64,000 bases of DNA, taken from Tubulanus polymorphus. Lineage: Eukaryota > Animalia > Nemertea. The stretch's first letter is position 1. The number at the start of each line of letters is the position of its first letter. This document shows, piece after piece, positions 1 to 10,448 of this stretch. A program made the translations under genes and the position numbers. Location: NCBI RefSeq assembly GCF_964204645.1, contig NC_134032.1, positions 2,166,416-2,230,415 on the forward strand. Reading direction: 5' to 3'. The notes beneath the pieces were generated by a model. The model did not search any database. It saw only the letters and a program-made list of their open reading frames with translations, and was not told where the DNA came from.

Positions 1-235
1 TGAAATTGTGAAATCGATGTCATGAAGTAAAGGAGAATATTTAGACTGTGGTTAGCGATTTCAGTTCGTTTTCTTAACGACCCGCAGTTTGGGTTAATCG
101 TTACAATTACGACAAATAAAAAAAAATGGCAAAAAGATCGCCAACCTTGTGATATATAAAGTTATTCAGAAATATCGATGTTTCCAACAAATCTAGGCAT
201 CCAACCAAATTAACCCCAATCAGTCACATGCCGGT

Positions 236-485
236 TCAGACTGTTTGGATCGCTATATCTTTATTAGCATCACAATTATCATTGATATGATAATAATTAC
301 GATAATAGTTATGATTATTACTATCAAAATAATCATTATCAATTCTATGATTATATTTGTTGAAATTTGCTGTAATCTCTGCTGTATTGTTGGGTGTTAT
401 CATAACTTGTGGAGTGAATAAACTGAAGCTGAAACTGGAAGATTGTTTGAATGAACCGGGACCGAAATTATAACGAATTGTGTTC
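236..485 (-). CDS. Putative terminal coding exon of an unidentified minus-strand gene (…RNTIRYNFGPGSF…KDIAIQTV*)
   Basis: Acceptor tttaaatctAG|G at 487-486. The phase-2 join to exon 979-900 (AG|G = Arg) keeps the frame open to TGA at 238-236. Confidence 0.55.
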
Positions 486-899
486 CTAGATTTAAACACA
501 GGATTCCGTTAACTCGACCCTTGATCACACTGTTATATATCTGTACTTCGATTGTTTTAACCGTTAGATTGTTACTCCACAACAAATTTAAAGACCCCCC
601 CCCAGACTGCATGCTTATCCTACGAATGTAAATCAAGACGGCTTCCCCTGGTGGCCATGTTAGATGAGCGATGACCATCAAATTCATTTATGAAGCCCGT
701 ATCGGGCCAACATGACATTCAAGATGGTCCAAAGGGTGGCTATCCTATAAGATGATGAACGGCATTTTCTATTGCAGCGAGACGCATTTCATCCACGTCA
801 TCACTCGCTAACACGCCCCCACCCCCCCATCCCCGATTAACTGTTTATATGTTAGATTTTCAGTTTAAGCCCGATTCAAAAGACCCGATATTTACTTAC

Positions 900-979
900 C
901 TGAACCAAAAGTGTGCAAAATGATGAAACTCAATATCATCGAGTGAAGTATTTTTAGGCGGATACTTTACACGCAGTTC
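900..979 (-). CDS. Putative internal coding exon (ELRVKYPPKNTSLDDIEFHHFAHFWF)
   Basis: Acceptor tattttctAG and a consensus donor CAG|GTAAGT. 80 nt, open in frame 0, phases match both neighbouring exons. Confidence 0.6.
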
Positions 980-1325
980 CTAGAAAATACAGGTATACAT
1001 TTCTCAAATTAGGTTTTGCACTTCCGGGTCCAGTTCCGCAATTCCAAATTGACATTCAACTCTTGAGTTAACTAATTAAAAATGAACTGACTTTAACTCA
1101 GAGTTAACTCCATTCCCTAACGGTGGTTTGTCGATGAGATCTCGAATTTAGGAGCGACTGCACTTAAAGTTTCCCTGATGATTTATGTACCTAACCTAAC
1201 ATAACCATAACACTATTCTTCGTTAACATTAGCGCACAGTGGTCATGTGACCCAACTGCAGTTAGACCCGAATTTTTACATCGTTTGATAAATAGAAGTT
1301 TGTTATTATGAAATAAAGTTCTTAC

Positions 1326-1454
1326 CGCCATAAAATTGGAATCGCCGACAACGCCGAGCAACTGCATGGGCGGAATCTTCGGCGAATTTCCATCAAACCG
1401 ATCGATACATATTTTCAAGACAAGCTCGAAATCCATCCCTTCACGGTAAATGAT
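1326..1454 (-). CDS. Putative internal coding exon (IIYREGMDFELVLKICIDRFDGNSPKIPPMQLLGVVGDSNFMA)
   Basis: Acceptor atatcAG and donor GCG|GTAAG. 129 nt, phase 0-0, inside ORF 1191-1511. Confidence 0.6.
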
Positions 1455-1750
1455 CTGATATGTTTCAAAAATTTCCCGGAACAAACCGACGTAGTTACTT
1501 AAGCGGTGCATCGCGAATTATTGGCCGCACCTGAGTGTGTTAGCGTCGAATATGTCTGGCTTACGAGGTGTGTTTTGACCAGCGACTAAAAGGTCAGGAC
1601 AGTTTTCGACGCGTTGGTCGCTGTTGGTTACGTTTTAAAACCCTGGACAATCCCATTCAATCAGATGACCATTACATACGCGTGACGTCCTAATGACGAA
1701 CCATGACCGAAAATGCTCTTTAATACTCCATTTTTATCGTGCTTCGACAA

Positions 1751-1900
1751 GTCTAAGCTCATTTTAGTTCTATAGCCAATCTAACAGAGCTTAAGACCAG
1801 ACAAAGCTCATTTTAGTTCTATAGCCAATCTAACAGCTTAGGACCAGTCTAAGCTCATTTTAGTTCTATTGCCAATCTTACAACTTAAGACCAGTCCAAG
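1751..1900 (+). repeat. 47-bp minisatellite family A, about 3 units
   Basis: Units of CTAAGCTCATTTTAGTTCTATAGCCAATCTAACAACTTAAGACCAGT. Confidence 0.9.
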
Positions 1901-1902
1901 CA

Positions 1903-2140
1903 GAGGGTAAGGGTTAGGATTAGGCTAAAAGGCTATAGCTAGTTAAAAATTTAGGGTCATCAGTCTGTTAGGTGCCCCTATGGCTCAAGAGGATAGAGCA
2001 CTGCGCTAGTACTAATTACCCGTGGTCGAATCCCAATTTTCGTGGTTTTGTTACTTAAAATTTTCTAAAAGTTCAGCAGTACCGGCACTGTAGAAATCCC
2101 GATCGGAGTACAGCTGCCGGCACTGTAGGTATACGGCGTT
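1903..2140 (+). mobile_element. Degenerate repeat with a tRNA-like segment (about 1974-2035) and short subterminal direct repeats
   Basis: TGGCTCAAGAGG (A-box-like) and GGTCGAATCCC (B-box-like); CCGGCACTGTAG occurs twice; GGGTTAGG-like tract. Family not assignable. Confidence 0.35.
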
Positions 2141-2187
2141 TTATTTGATGCTAATTAGCGTAATTCGTGTATTGTTAGTCTATTATG

Positions 2188-2232
2188 AGTGTATTGTGAG
2201 TGTATTGTGAGTGTATTGTGAGTGTATTGTGA
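2188..2232 (+). repeat. (GTGTATTGTGA)n 11-bp tandem repeat, about 4 units
   Basis: Read directly from the sequence. Confidence 0.9.
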
Positions 2233-2590
2233 TAAGGTATCGGAGAGGGAGAATACGAACAAAAACAGACACAGACGACAATGCGTTTAACGCCAAGCAT
2301 CAAAGAGAGACCCAGATACCTTGACTTAATTCCAGTCACCTTAATCTTCTAAGATAAACATCTATGGGTTAAAAGCATTTGATTGAGCATCGCTTTTGCG
2401 TTATTCAAACACCAGATTGGAGACATATTTTTGCGATATAATTTGCTGAATCCGTTACTAGTGGATTTGCATATATCAAATTGTTGAAATTAACCCGATT
2501 TATTCCAATCATTTTGAATGCATCGATTGTTACGTCATTTTATATGTGAGCGGTGCATACTTTGACGAAATCCGACGACCACACATCGGC

Positions 2591-4003
2591 ATGAAGCTAG
2601 TTAAAGACGATACAAGCCTCGTCGAAACGGACGAAATAGTTGGTAACGACGCCGAATACGGAGCTATCGTCAACCGGTCTTCTCGTACCGGTGACCAGTC
2701 CTGTCGCACCGGTGACCAGTCTAATAGTAGCGGTAACCAGTCCGATGACCGACTTAGTAAGAAGCCGTCGTCGTGTGGATGGTCTTATAACGTACGTCGC
2801 AAGGCGAGCCCTATAGTCATCGTGTCCATTGTCGGATTATCGGCGATGATTTTGAATACAGTCTCGGGAACGATTCTGACCGTCGGCGTCGATCTGCAAG
2901 ATGGATTCCGCAATAACTCGCCGAAAACCGATCGACACATCGCCAAAAATGTGGCGATTATCATAGCCACGTTCGACTCGGGACTGGTGCTAGGGAGCGT
3001 TTTCTGCGGCAGGCTGACGTTCAAATACGGCCACGTCTTCACATTCTGGTTCGGATTGGTAATCGGAATGGCGGCCGTGTCGATTTCCGCGTCCGCGACA
3101 GTTTGGTGGATGCTGGCAATTCTACACTTTTTGGTCGGTATTTCTCAGTCGTTTTTGCAGAACGCCGGTGCTACTATGGTGGCTATCGAATTCGAAAGCG
3201 TTCCGAGAAGGATTTCAGCGATGGCCGCCGTGAATAGTCTCTCGTACAGCGGCATCGGTTTCGGCTACGCGACCAGTCTATACGAAATACGACGGTTCGG
3301 TCGCGCGGTACCGTTTTGGATTCTGTTCGCGGCTCTGGTCGCGGTCGCGGCCATTCGCGCTCTCGTCAAAATAGACAACGCCGGCGCCGGTATTTCAGGC
3401 GATAAACCCATCCAACTGGACGTGATAAAATCGATGTTGACCGACGGACAAACGTTAGCGATATTCGGACTGAAATGTCTCTACATTTTCGTAAGCAACG
3501 TACAATTCGTGTTCGCTCCGTTGCTAATCGTCGAAAGGTCGCTAGACGCGCAGCACTGGCAGATAGCTACAGTCATGCTGGCGTCGGCAACGCTATTCCT
3601 TATTAGTACGAACATCTTCGGGATAATGGTGGCAAGAACTAGACGATACCGTTGGGTCCATTTTCTTGTTCATTGTTTGACGGGTGCGATCTCATTCGTG
3701 ACGTACCCGTTCATAAGCGACGTCTGGCACGCGCTCGGTCCCGATATTCTTTGCACATTGGCGATCGCTCTTTTGAATTGCTTCTATTTCTCCTGGCTTT
3801 CCGATGTGGCCGATAAGAAATTTGAAAGTAATTACGAGACTATGTACGCGATAGATGGCGCTGTGTCTCGTATTGTAGCGCTATTATTGATGTTAATAGT
3901 TGGGGCTGTACAACCATTTGTTGGATACTCGGCTATTTTCATAGGTGTCGGTATTATGGAATTCGTTTACTCTTTCGCCTCGCTTGCTGTGAGGGATATT
4001 TGA
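2591..4003 (+). CDS. Intronless MFS transporter, divergent SLC18A (VMAT/VAChT)-like, 470 aa
   Basis: First ATG is at 2591 (the ORF track starts at a GTG). About 12 hydrophobic segments. VMAT-like motifs: GRLTFKYG~GPLTNRIG, AGATMVA~AGMGMLA, FGRAVPF~VGKTAPF, WQIATVMLASATLFLISTNIFG~[29 protein letters not shown]~YGSVYAI. AATAAA at 4014-4019. Confidence 0.88.
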   Translation: MKLVKDDTSLVETDEIVGNDAEYGAIVNRSSRTGDQSCRTGDQSNSSGNQSDDRLSKKPSSCGWSYNVRRKASPIVIVSIVGLSAMILNTVSGTILTVGVDLQDGFRNNSPKTDRHIAKNVAIIIATFDSGLVLGSVFCGRLTFKYGHVFTFWFGLVIGMAAVSISASATVWWMLAILHFLVGISQSFLQNAGATMVAIEFESVPRRISAMAAVNSLSYSGIGFGYATSLYEIRRFGRAVPFWILFAALVAVAAIRALVKIDNAGAGISGDKPIQLDVIKSMLTDGQTLAIFGLKCLYIFVSNVQFVFAPLLIVERSLDAQHWQIATVMLASATLFLISTNIFGIMVARTRRYRWVHFLVHCLTGAISFVTYPFISDVWHALGPDILCTLAIALLNCFYFSWLSDVADKKFESNYETMYAIDGAVSRIVALLLMLIVGAVQPFVGYSAIFIGVGIMEFVYSFASLAVRDI

Positions 4004-4031
4004 TAGGGCACGAAATAAAATTAAAATCCAG

Positions 4032-4507
4032 GGCCTGGTTTTGTAGACTGCAGTTAACTTTAACCTCGAACGCGTTCTCAAATGTTTTGATACTTTCTCA
4101 GTTTGTATCAAAAATATTGCCGATATTTGGTCCTTAAGTCCTAAAAAATGATAAATTTACAGTGTAAAATCGTACAAACGTGTCATCTATACCACAAAAC
4201 ACTTTATTTCCTGACCAATTTATGATGTTATGTGTGGGCCATAGACCTCAATATCTGCCTGTGATCTCAACTTTCAATTAAGATTACATGAGCTACTCGT
4301 GCCCAAAACGCGGCAGGCGCACAATAGAAAGTTACGCGCATGGTACTTTTATTGTCGCCGACATAGAGGACCGATATTTTGCTAATTGGATTCGGGAGGT
4401 TTAAACCTCCCAAGGTCAATTTACTAAAATTGTGACCTTCAGGGAGATTCTACGAAAGGCCGATCGTTATCAATTTTGGTTGAACTTGATACCATAATGC
4501 TCACTGG
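4032..4507 (+). repeat. About 470-bp repeat (MITE-like terminus plus about 440-bp body); inverted copies at about 9975-10410 and 14016-14522
   Basis: Reverse-complement match, roughly 80-90% by eye. All copies keep the palindrome GGGAGGTTTAAACCTCCC (4394-4411, 10070-10087, 14111-14128). Confidence 0.85.
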
Positions 4508-4639
4508 TTTTAATGTCAAACCATGTAGTCCATATTTGGTAAGTTGTAAATTACGTAAAACCGAAAGAAAAACCCATTATTGGATCCTAATTACACGAAT
4601 TACTTGAAATATCTAATAAATGAAATGTATACACAATAC

Positions 4640-4753
4640 CAATAAGAACAACCTGATTTGATTCTGTTCGGAATTCATTCCTATATTTTCGTCATAAAAA
4701 TCGGAGGCAGTATTTCTCATTGATTTTTTCAACAGCGTCATTTCAGCCATGGA
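4640..4753 (-). CDS. Putative internal coding exon (SMAEMTLLKKSMRNTASDFYDENIGMNSEQNQIRLFLL)
   Basis: Strong acceptor tttttttacAG and weaker donor TTG|GTATTG. 114 nt, phase 0-0, open, joins in frame to exon 1454-1326. Confidence 0.5.
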
Positions 4754-5152
4754 CTGTAAAAAAACGTTACTGATTCCATGGTTAAGCTCGTTTTCGAGTA
4801 AAATATTGCATGTGATTCATTTCTCGTTGTGGTTTTGTCAAAGCTATATTTTCACAGTCCGATCAGTGATACAAATAGCTAGTCAGTTACCAACGGTATA
4901 GCCAATAATCTACAGAACCACCCGAATAGCGAAAATTAGCAAATTGAACCAGTGATACCAGTTTTTGTCATGATTTTATCGAACATGTCATTCAATAATC
5001 GATGTGATCGGGTAAAAACTCGCCCCGTAAAGGTCCCTTTCAGTAAAAATCCCCTAGTTAAATATACCCCAAGGTAAAGGCTCCCGGTAAAAAACCCGAA
5101 TAAAGATTTTCCAGTGTCTAGTTGGATGTTCTTTTCTTGTTCCTCTGTATAC

Positions 5153-5188
5153 CTGTATACCTTCTCTATCAGATAGAAATGTTGTTAA
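5153..5188 (-). CDS. Possible 36-nt upstream exon (LTTFLSDREGIQ)
   Basis: ttgcAG acceptor, CAG|GTATAC donor, phase 0-0. Short enough to be chance. Confidence 0.25.
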
Positions 5189-7062
5189 CTGCAACTATCC
5201 GTTAATCAAACTGTTGAATTATTTTTGATAATCGGGAGTGATGAAAATTAGGAATGAAAATTAACGGTTTAGCTACTTATATTTAGTTTAAAATCATGTG
5301 TTCTGCTTTAACAAATGCACTTTTTTATCTAAAAATATTATCTGACCCGAGTGCCTCAATCAAGGCTACATCAACAGTCCATCTCACTGATTACTTTATC
5401 ACAAATAATCACCAGCCATTGAAATGTTTAATCCTCATACAATACAATACAATTATCTCAAATCTAAATTTCATGAGATAAATGCCCCTAGATTTCATAG
5501 GTTTTATTCCAACTGTTGCGACAGTCATATCAAAACTGTACTATTCATATCAATAGACGTTAAACTGGACTGTTAATATATGAAAAGTCTTTAAGACCAT
5601 ATCATATATCTGAAGTGCGCTATGTTTTGCCTTGCAGTAATAATTTGATTTGTCACATGATTACTCCATTTCTTCATATAATTTCCAAATAAACGAATAC
5701 ATTTCCATTGTTATGTTAAATGACATCAGCAAAAGCAAATAGACACAAACTACTACACTTCTGTGTTTAGGATGGTTTAAGAGATTGGACGCCGATTGAT
5801 ACGAAAAGTAGATTTCATGCAATCATTTTCTTTCTTTAAAATCGTTGCGAATTAACGCGCGAACAGTGTTCGACTCTGGACGAACGGTTAATGGAATTTT
5901 ATCGGGTTAGTCTTTCTATAGCCGACTAGCTATTGAATACCAGTGATTAAGCCATAAGTAAATAAAGAAGTTACTTGGGATGTTTAATCAATTGATGACA
6001 ATGTACAAGTAAAACCAGGCCTATGAGACACCCGTAATGTAAAATGATATCATGCAAGATATTCATATAAGCGTATTTTAGTCCTGATTTGAATGAATGT
6101 ACCCACGTTTTAGGCAATGAATCGAGACTTGGTTTTATCCCATAGCGTCATCGCTAGTACATGCTTGAGATGAGATTGTTGGTTTATATTTTGAACTCTG
6201 TAAAGAAGTTTTGTACATTTAAGCTTGAATGACGCACTGTGATGAACTATTGTACGAAATAACATATTTAATTCAATGAAAGAATCTTAATGCTCCAAAA
6301 GGAATATAAGTGTAGTTAAGATTAATTTTTTTTAATTTATTTTAATGAAAACCGATGATATAAAATAATTTAGCTTATTATCCCCAAAGTAAAAATCCCC
6401 CGGTAAAATATTCCCAATATTTGATTTAACTAACATAAAATCAACACAATTTATTATGTCTAAAAAAACTCAACTCATAGATTCTAGATTTAATTGCACT
6501 TCTGTTAACTAAAGATGATAGTAATGATGTATAGATGTATAATATGATGACCGAACGTTTGATGAGGAATAACTACTGTGGTTAGATACAATTCTCATTC
6601 TTAGGATACGAATCGGTTGATTGAATTCGGTCATTTAAACTACTAGCTAATTTACAGTGGTCACTATTGAAACGATTAATTGAAGTGCCCTTGAAATCAA
6701 GATAGATTCCTGTTGCGTAAATTAACTAATTTTTAAGCGACCACCTTCTATTGTCGGTATTCGGTTAGCTCTTGGTTAGCCAGAAGTTTTACCATACAGA
6801 CTCGGACTTGATGATTGAATTAAATCTTAGAATCAAAATATTGTCACTGGAGTAAATATATATTCCTTATTACACTTTCAGCAGTGATCATATTTTACAT
6901 GTAAATTGAAGGTATTACTGTCATCTAAAGTTAATAAGGTACTAGAATCGCAAAATTTAAGTTGTTCAAAACCAACATGAAAATGAGAAGTAAATACACA
7001 ATATCCATGTATGGTGAATAACGAGACAAATCCCACAATGAATTCAGCAAAAAATCTTCTAC

Positions 7063-7108
7063 GAGCAATGTTTCGGCTAATGCTATTAGCCATCATCAGG
7101 CCCCCGTC
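7063..7108 (-). ncRNA. Minimal type-I hammerhead-like motif (Penelope type), probably degenerate; duplicate at 11104-11149
   Basis: Minus strand reads GGGC-CTGATGA-T-GGCTAA-tagca-TTAGCC-GAAA-CATT-GCTC. Stem III is ACAT rather than the ACGT palindrome. Downstream TCATTGTGGGATT is shared with the 41.7-kb element. Confidence 0.7.
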
Positions 7109-8095
7109 AACATGAAAATATTGATACGTAAATCGAATCCATATCATAAGCATACTATACCACAAGTTAAAAAGAGTTATTTAGTTCGAATTAAAAGATA
7201 GTATGAATAAAATTATGAAAAGATAGTATAAAAAGTTCATTAATTTCATTTATTCTATGAATTTATTTAAAGATTTATTTCAACAAAAGAGATCAATGCA
7301 CGGTTAAATATATTGCAGTTGTATTGTGGATGAATATGTTTGAATAAATATCGTGCTTTCAAATGTTCTTGAAAAATCGCCAAGTGAGGATTTTACCTAG
7401 GGGATTTTTACCTACAACCATCTAAAATGCCCCAGGCCCTAAATCCAGTAGGTTTATGGCGAAAGGTTAAGATTAGGAATGTATTAGCAATATAATTTTT
7501 TGAAACAATATTTGGTCTCCCGATGATTTGATTTGCAGGTCAGACTTATTGTTGACCAAAGTTCTTAAAGTGAATTGCTTTAAAGTAATAAATATCAATG
7601 AAACAATATCATAAATTTTGAAGTGAGTTATTTTGTAATAATCCAATTTAAGTGCACTCCGATGCATGCTAAATTCTTATAAATTCATTTATAAATTTAA
7701 TTTATACATTTTCCCTCCTCACTTATTCATTCTATATTAGTTTTACTAATGAACATAACAGTGGCTTGTGCCTAATGTCAATAAGCAGCGATTGGGTGCC
7801 GCCTCTCTGTGTTAATCTATCACGAAAGATTTAACTCGATTAGAGCCGCTGAAAACGTATTTCTTTGCAGCCTAGAGTTTATGCATACATGTTCTAAATC
7901 AAGACAATATGCTCTATATCAGAGCCTATACTAAAGCATGCACTCATAATTCGTTTAAGAGTCCGAGGCTTAATTGTGAGAGTTGTTATACAATGAGTAA
8001 TTAAATGGTTGGATTACAATGGGAGAGATCATTTCATCAGCCACATCGTTGCCCCAGGGAGTTAGTTATATTCGTTATAGCCAAAATACCTTGAC

Positions 8096-8142
8096 CATGG
8101 ACTCTAAAACGCTTTAATGTCTAAATCGTTTTAGAGTCCATG
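8096..8142. repeat. Small hairpin element CATGGACTCTAAAACG…CGTTTTAGAGTCCATG; related half copies near 9545-9575 and 9909-9925
   Basis: 16-bp perfect inverted repeat with a short spacer; also present in the duplicated copy. Confidence 0.75.
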
Positions 8143-10448
8143 ACTTGACAGAATATAGAAATTTGCCCAGAAAAAGTTATGCATATTCCAACAAAAAAGA
8201 ATCAATAAAGACTTATATTTTGAATTTAAATGAAGAGACAAGTAGTACTTTAAAGGTTAACTATTTATTTCGACGCACGAGCTTTCGCTTCTAATGTATA
8301 GAAGCTTCAATGAGTGAATTATTAGAATTGGTACATTTAGTAAATTCCGGAAACAAAACCTAGTCTTAAGAACTACCATTAACCAAGTTTCAAAGAATTT
8401 TGTTCCCTTATGATATTGAATGGTGTGAAATTGAAGTGTCCCTAATGATATATCTTTATGTAAGTTCAACTAACTTACCCAGTTAGTGATGATAGTTGAA
8501 TAATTAACAAAATAATAGTTGGAATATCGTTTAGGACAAATTAGGATTTTACCGGGTAAGTTTTTTCCTAATAGGCTACCTTTTTGAAGAGCATGCATCC
8601 TGAGATACGTATACAAAAATTCGTTTGATGCTAAATGCAGAGTTTTCACGGTAGAACATATTTGGACATCAATTAATCACGTGAAGGGTAGAAATGACAA
8701 TTTGTCACTGCTGAGCTTATTTCCCTTCACTCAACTTTTTTTAAAGTTTTTTCAATATTCTCTAATCCGACATTATATACGCTGCGTACTAACTGTACAC
8801 AATTTCGGGTTTGGGTTGTTTTTGAAAAAAAACAGATTCCCAGCAAATTGTAATTTTTGGGTTCTTGAAAACGGTCAATATGTTATAGCAGGTTAATGTA
8901 AAACCGCATAGAATAGCTACAATGAACAACATGTATCCAGGAAAATATATATTTCAGAACACGATCGATTTCACTGAATTTAGCCTCATCATGTAGGATA
9001 AAATGAACTTCTGTTGATATTGCGATTGTGCTGTCGTTAGCTGTCCCATAGCTTATTCGACTCGCTATCGAAAGTAACAAAACAATGGTCACATGTGTCA
9101 ATGAACTTATCGCTATTCGAAGTAATGTGCGTATTGAAAAATTTCTCAAGCACTTCGAATTTCCGATTGCTTAAACGCCAAATTTGCATTCGAAATATTA
9201 AGCCGATCTATTCTAATTCATACCTGGTCGTGTTATAAGCAATTCAAGCGTTTAGTTTGTACTTTAAAATAAAATGAAATAGATTGATTGATGAAATACA
9301 AATCAAGTCAAACAAACTCAACTAACTGACTACTACTGAGTTATTTTTATTCGATGAAAGAACATATTCTAGTTAGTTGAAAGAACATATTCTAGTTCAT
9401 TGGCTCGAACCTTGATTATTGTCTAAGTTGTACTATAACTAACATGCCAATGGATGTGTACATGCGCCTCTCTGATTGGCTAGAATCCTTGCATTCGATG
9501 GCGGCATCAGTGAACTAACGGGGAAATTAGAATTGTATGTTTGACCACGGATTCTTTGTTTTTGAGTCCATGGTTTTGGATCTGGTTTTATCGTGAGTTT
9601 GATTAACGTACATTGTAGAGAACAATGGTGGGGATTCGAATAACGTGCATCCTTTATTCAGAAAGAGTATCATTACGTATATACATATAGAAATTATTAC
9701 AATAACTTTAATCAGAATTATCTCATCACGCAGAACCAGTGAAATAGCCGTTGTAAAGCCGCAAAGTAAATTGAATGAATGAGTAGGTGCTCACGCATTT
9801 GTTTCCATTTCATAAGAATCAATTCCAAACAGATGAATCAGATTCGAATTTTTGCTTCTTCGTTATGCGAAGTTTTTTTTTATATCAGAGACTCTTATAC
9901 GATTTAGGTTTTAGAGTCCATGGTTATATGAATATCTTATGATTTCTCAACTTTCATCAAATACTTAGGAATGCCATTGAACGTTTGGGTAAAAAGTTCT
10001 GCTAAATTTGATTACCATCGGCTTTTTAGATAATCTCCACGAAGGTCACAATTTTAGTGATTTGACCTTGGGAGGTTTAAACCTCCCGAATCCAATTTGC
10101 GAAATATCGGTCCTCTTTGTCGGCGGTAATGAAAGAATACATAGAGCGAAGTTTCTATTGTGCGCCGGCCGCATTTTGTTCACGAATAGCTTACGTAATA
10201 AATTGAAAGTTGAGATCATAGGCGGATATAGCGCTCTATGGCCCACGTTCAATTCATAAACTGGTCCGCAAATAAAGTGTTTAGAAGTATAATTGACACG
10301 TTTGTACGATTTTGCGCTGTAAATTTATCATTTTTCAGGACTCAAGGACCAGAAATTGGCAATATTTTTGATACAAACTGAGAAAGTATCAAAACATTTG
10401 GGAACGTGTTAGGACACGAAATCGGCGTGTACATATTCGATGTATACG

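Larger units (their letters stand above)
6408..10410 (+). repeat. Copy 1 of a 4003-bp tandem segmental duplication
   Basis: All ORFs recur identically at +4041. Boundaries read at ATATTCCC (6408/10449) and GGAACGTGTT (10410/14451). Confidence 0.97.

Noticed and set aside
2546-2590. GTG-initiated N-terminal extension of the MFS ORF
   Set aside because: Eukaryotic gene; the first ATG is at 2591.
8883-9149. 88-aa hydrophobic ORF (duplicated at 12924-13190) as a membrane protein
   Set aside because: TTG start just after an in-frame stop, no convincing splice donor and no recognisable family. It could still overlap a real exon.
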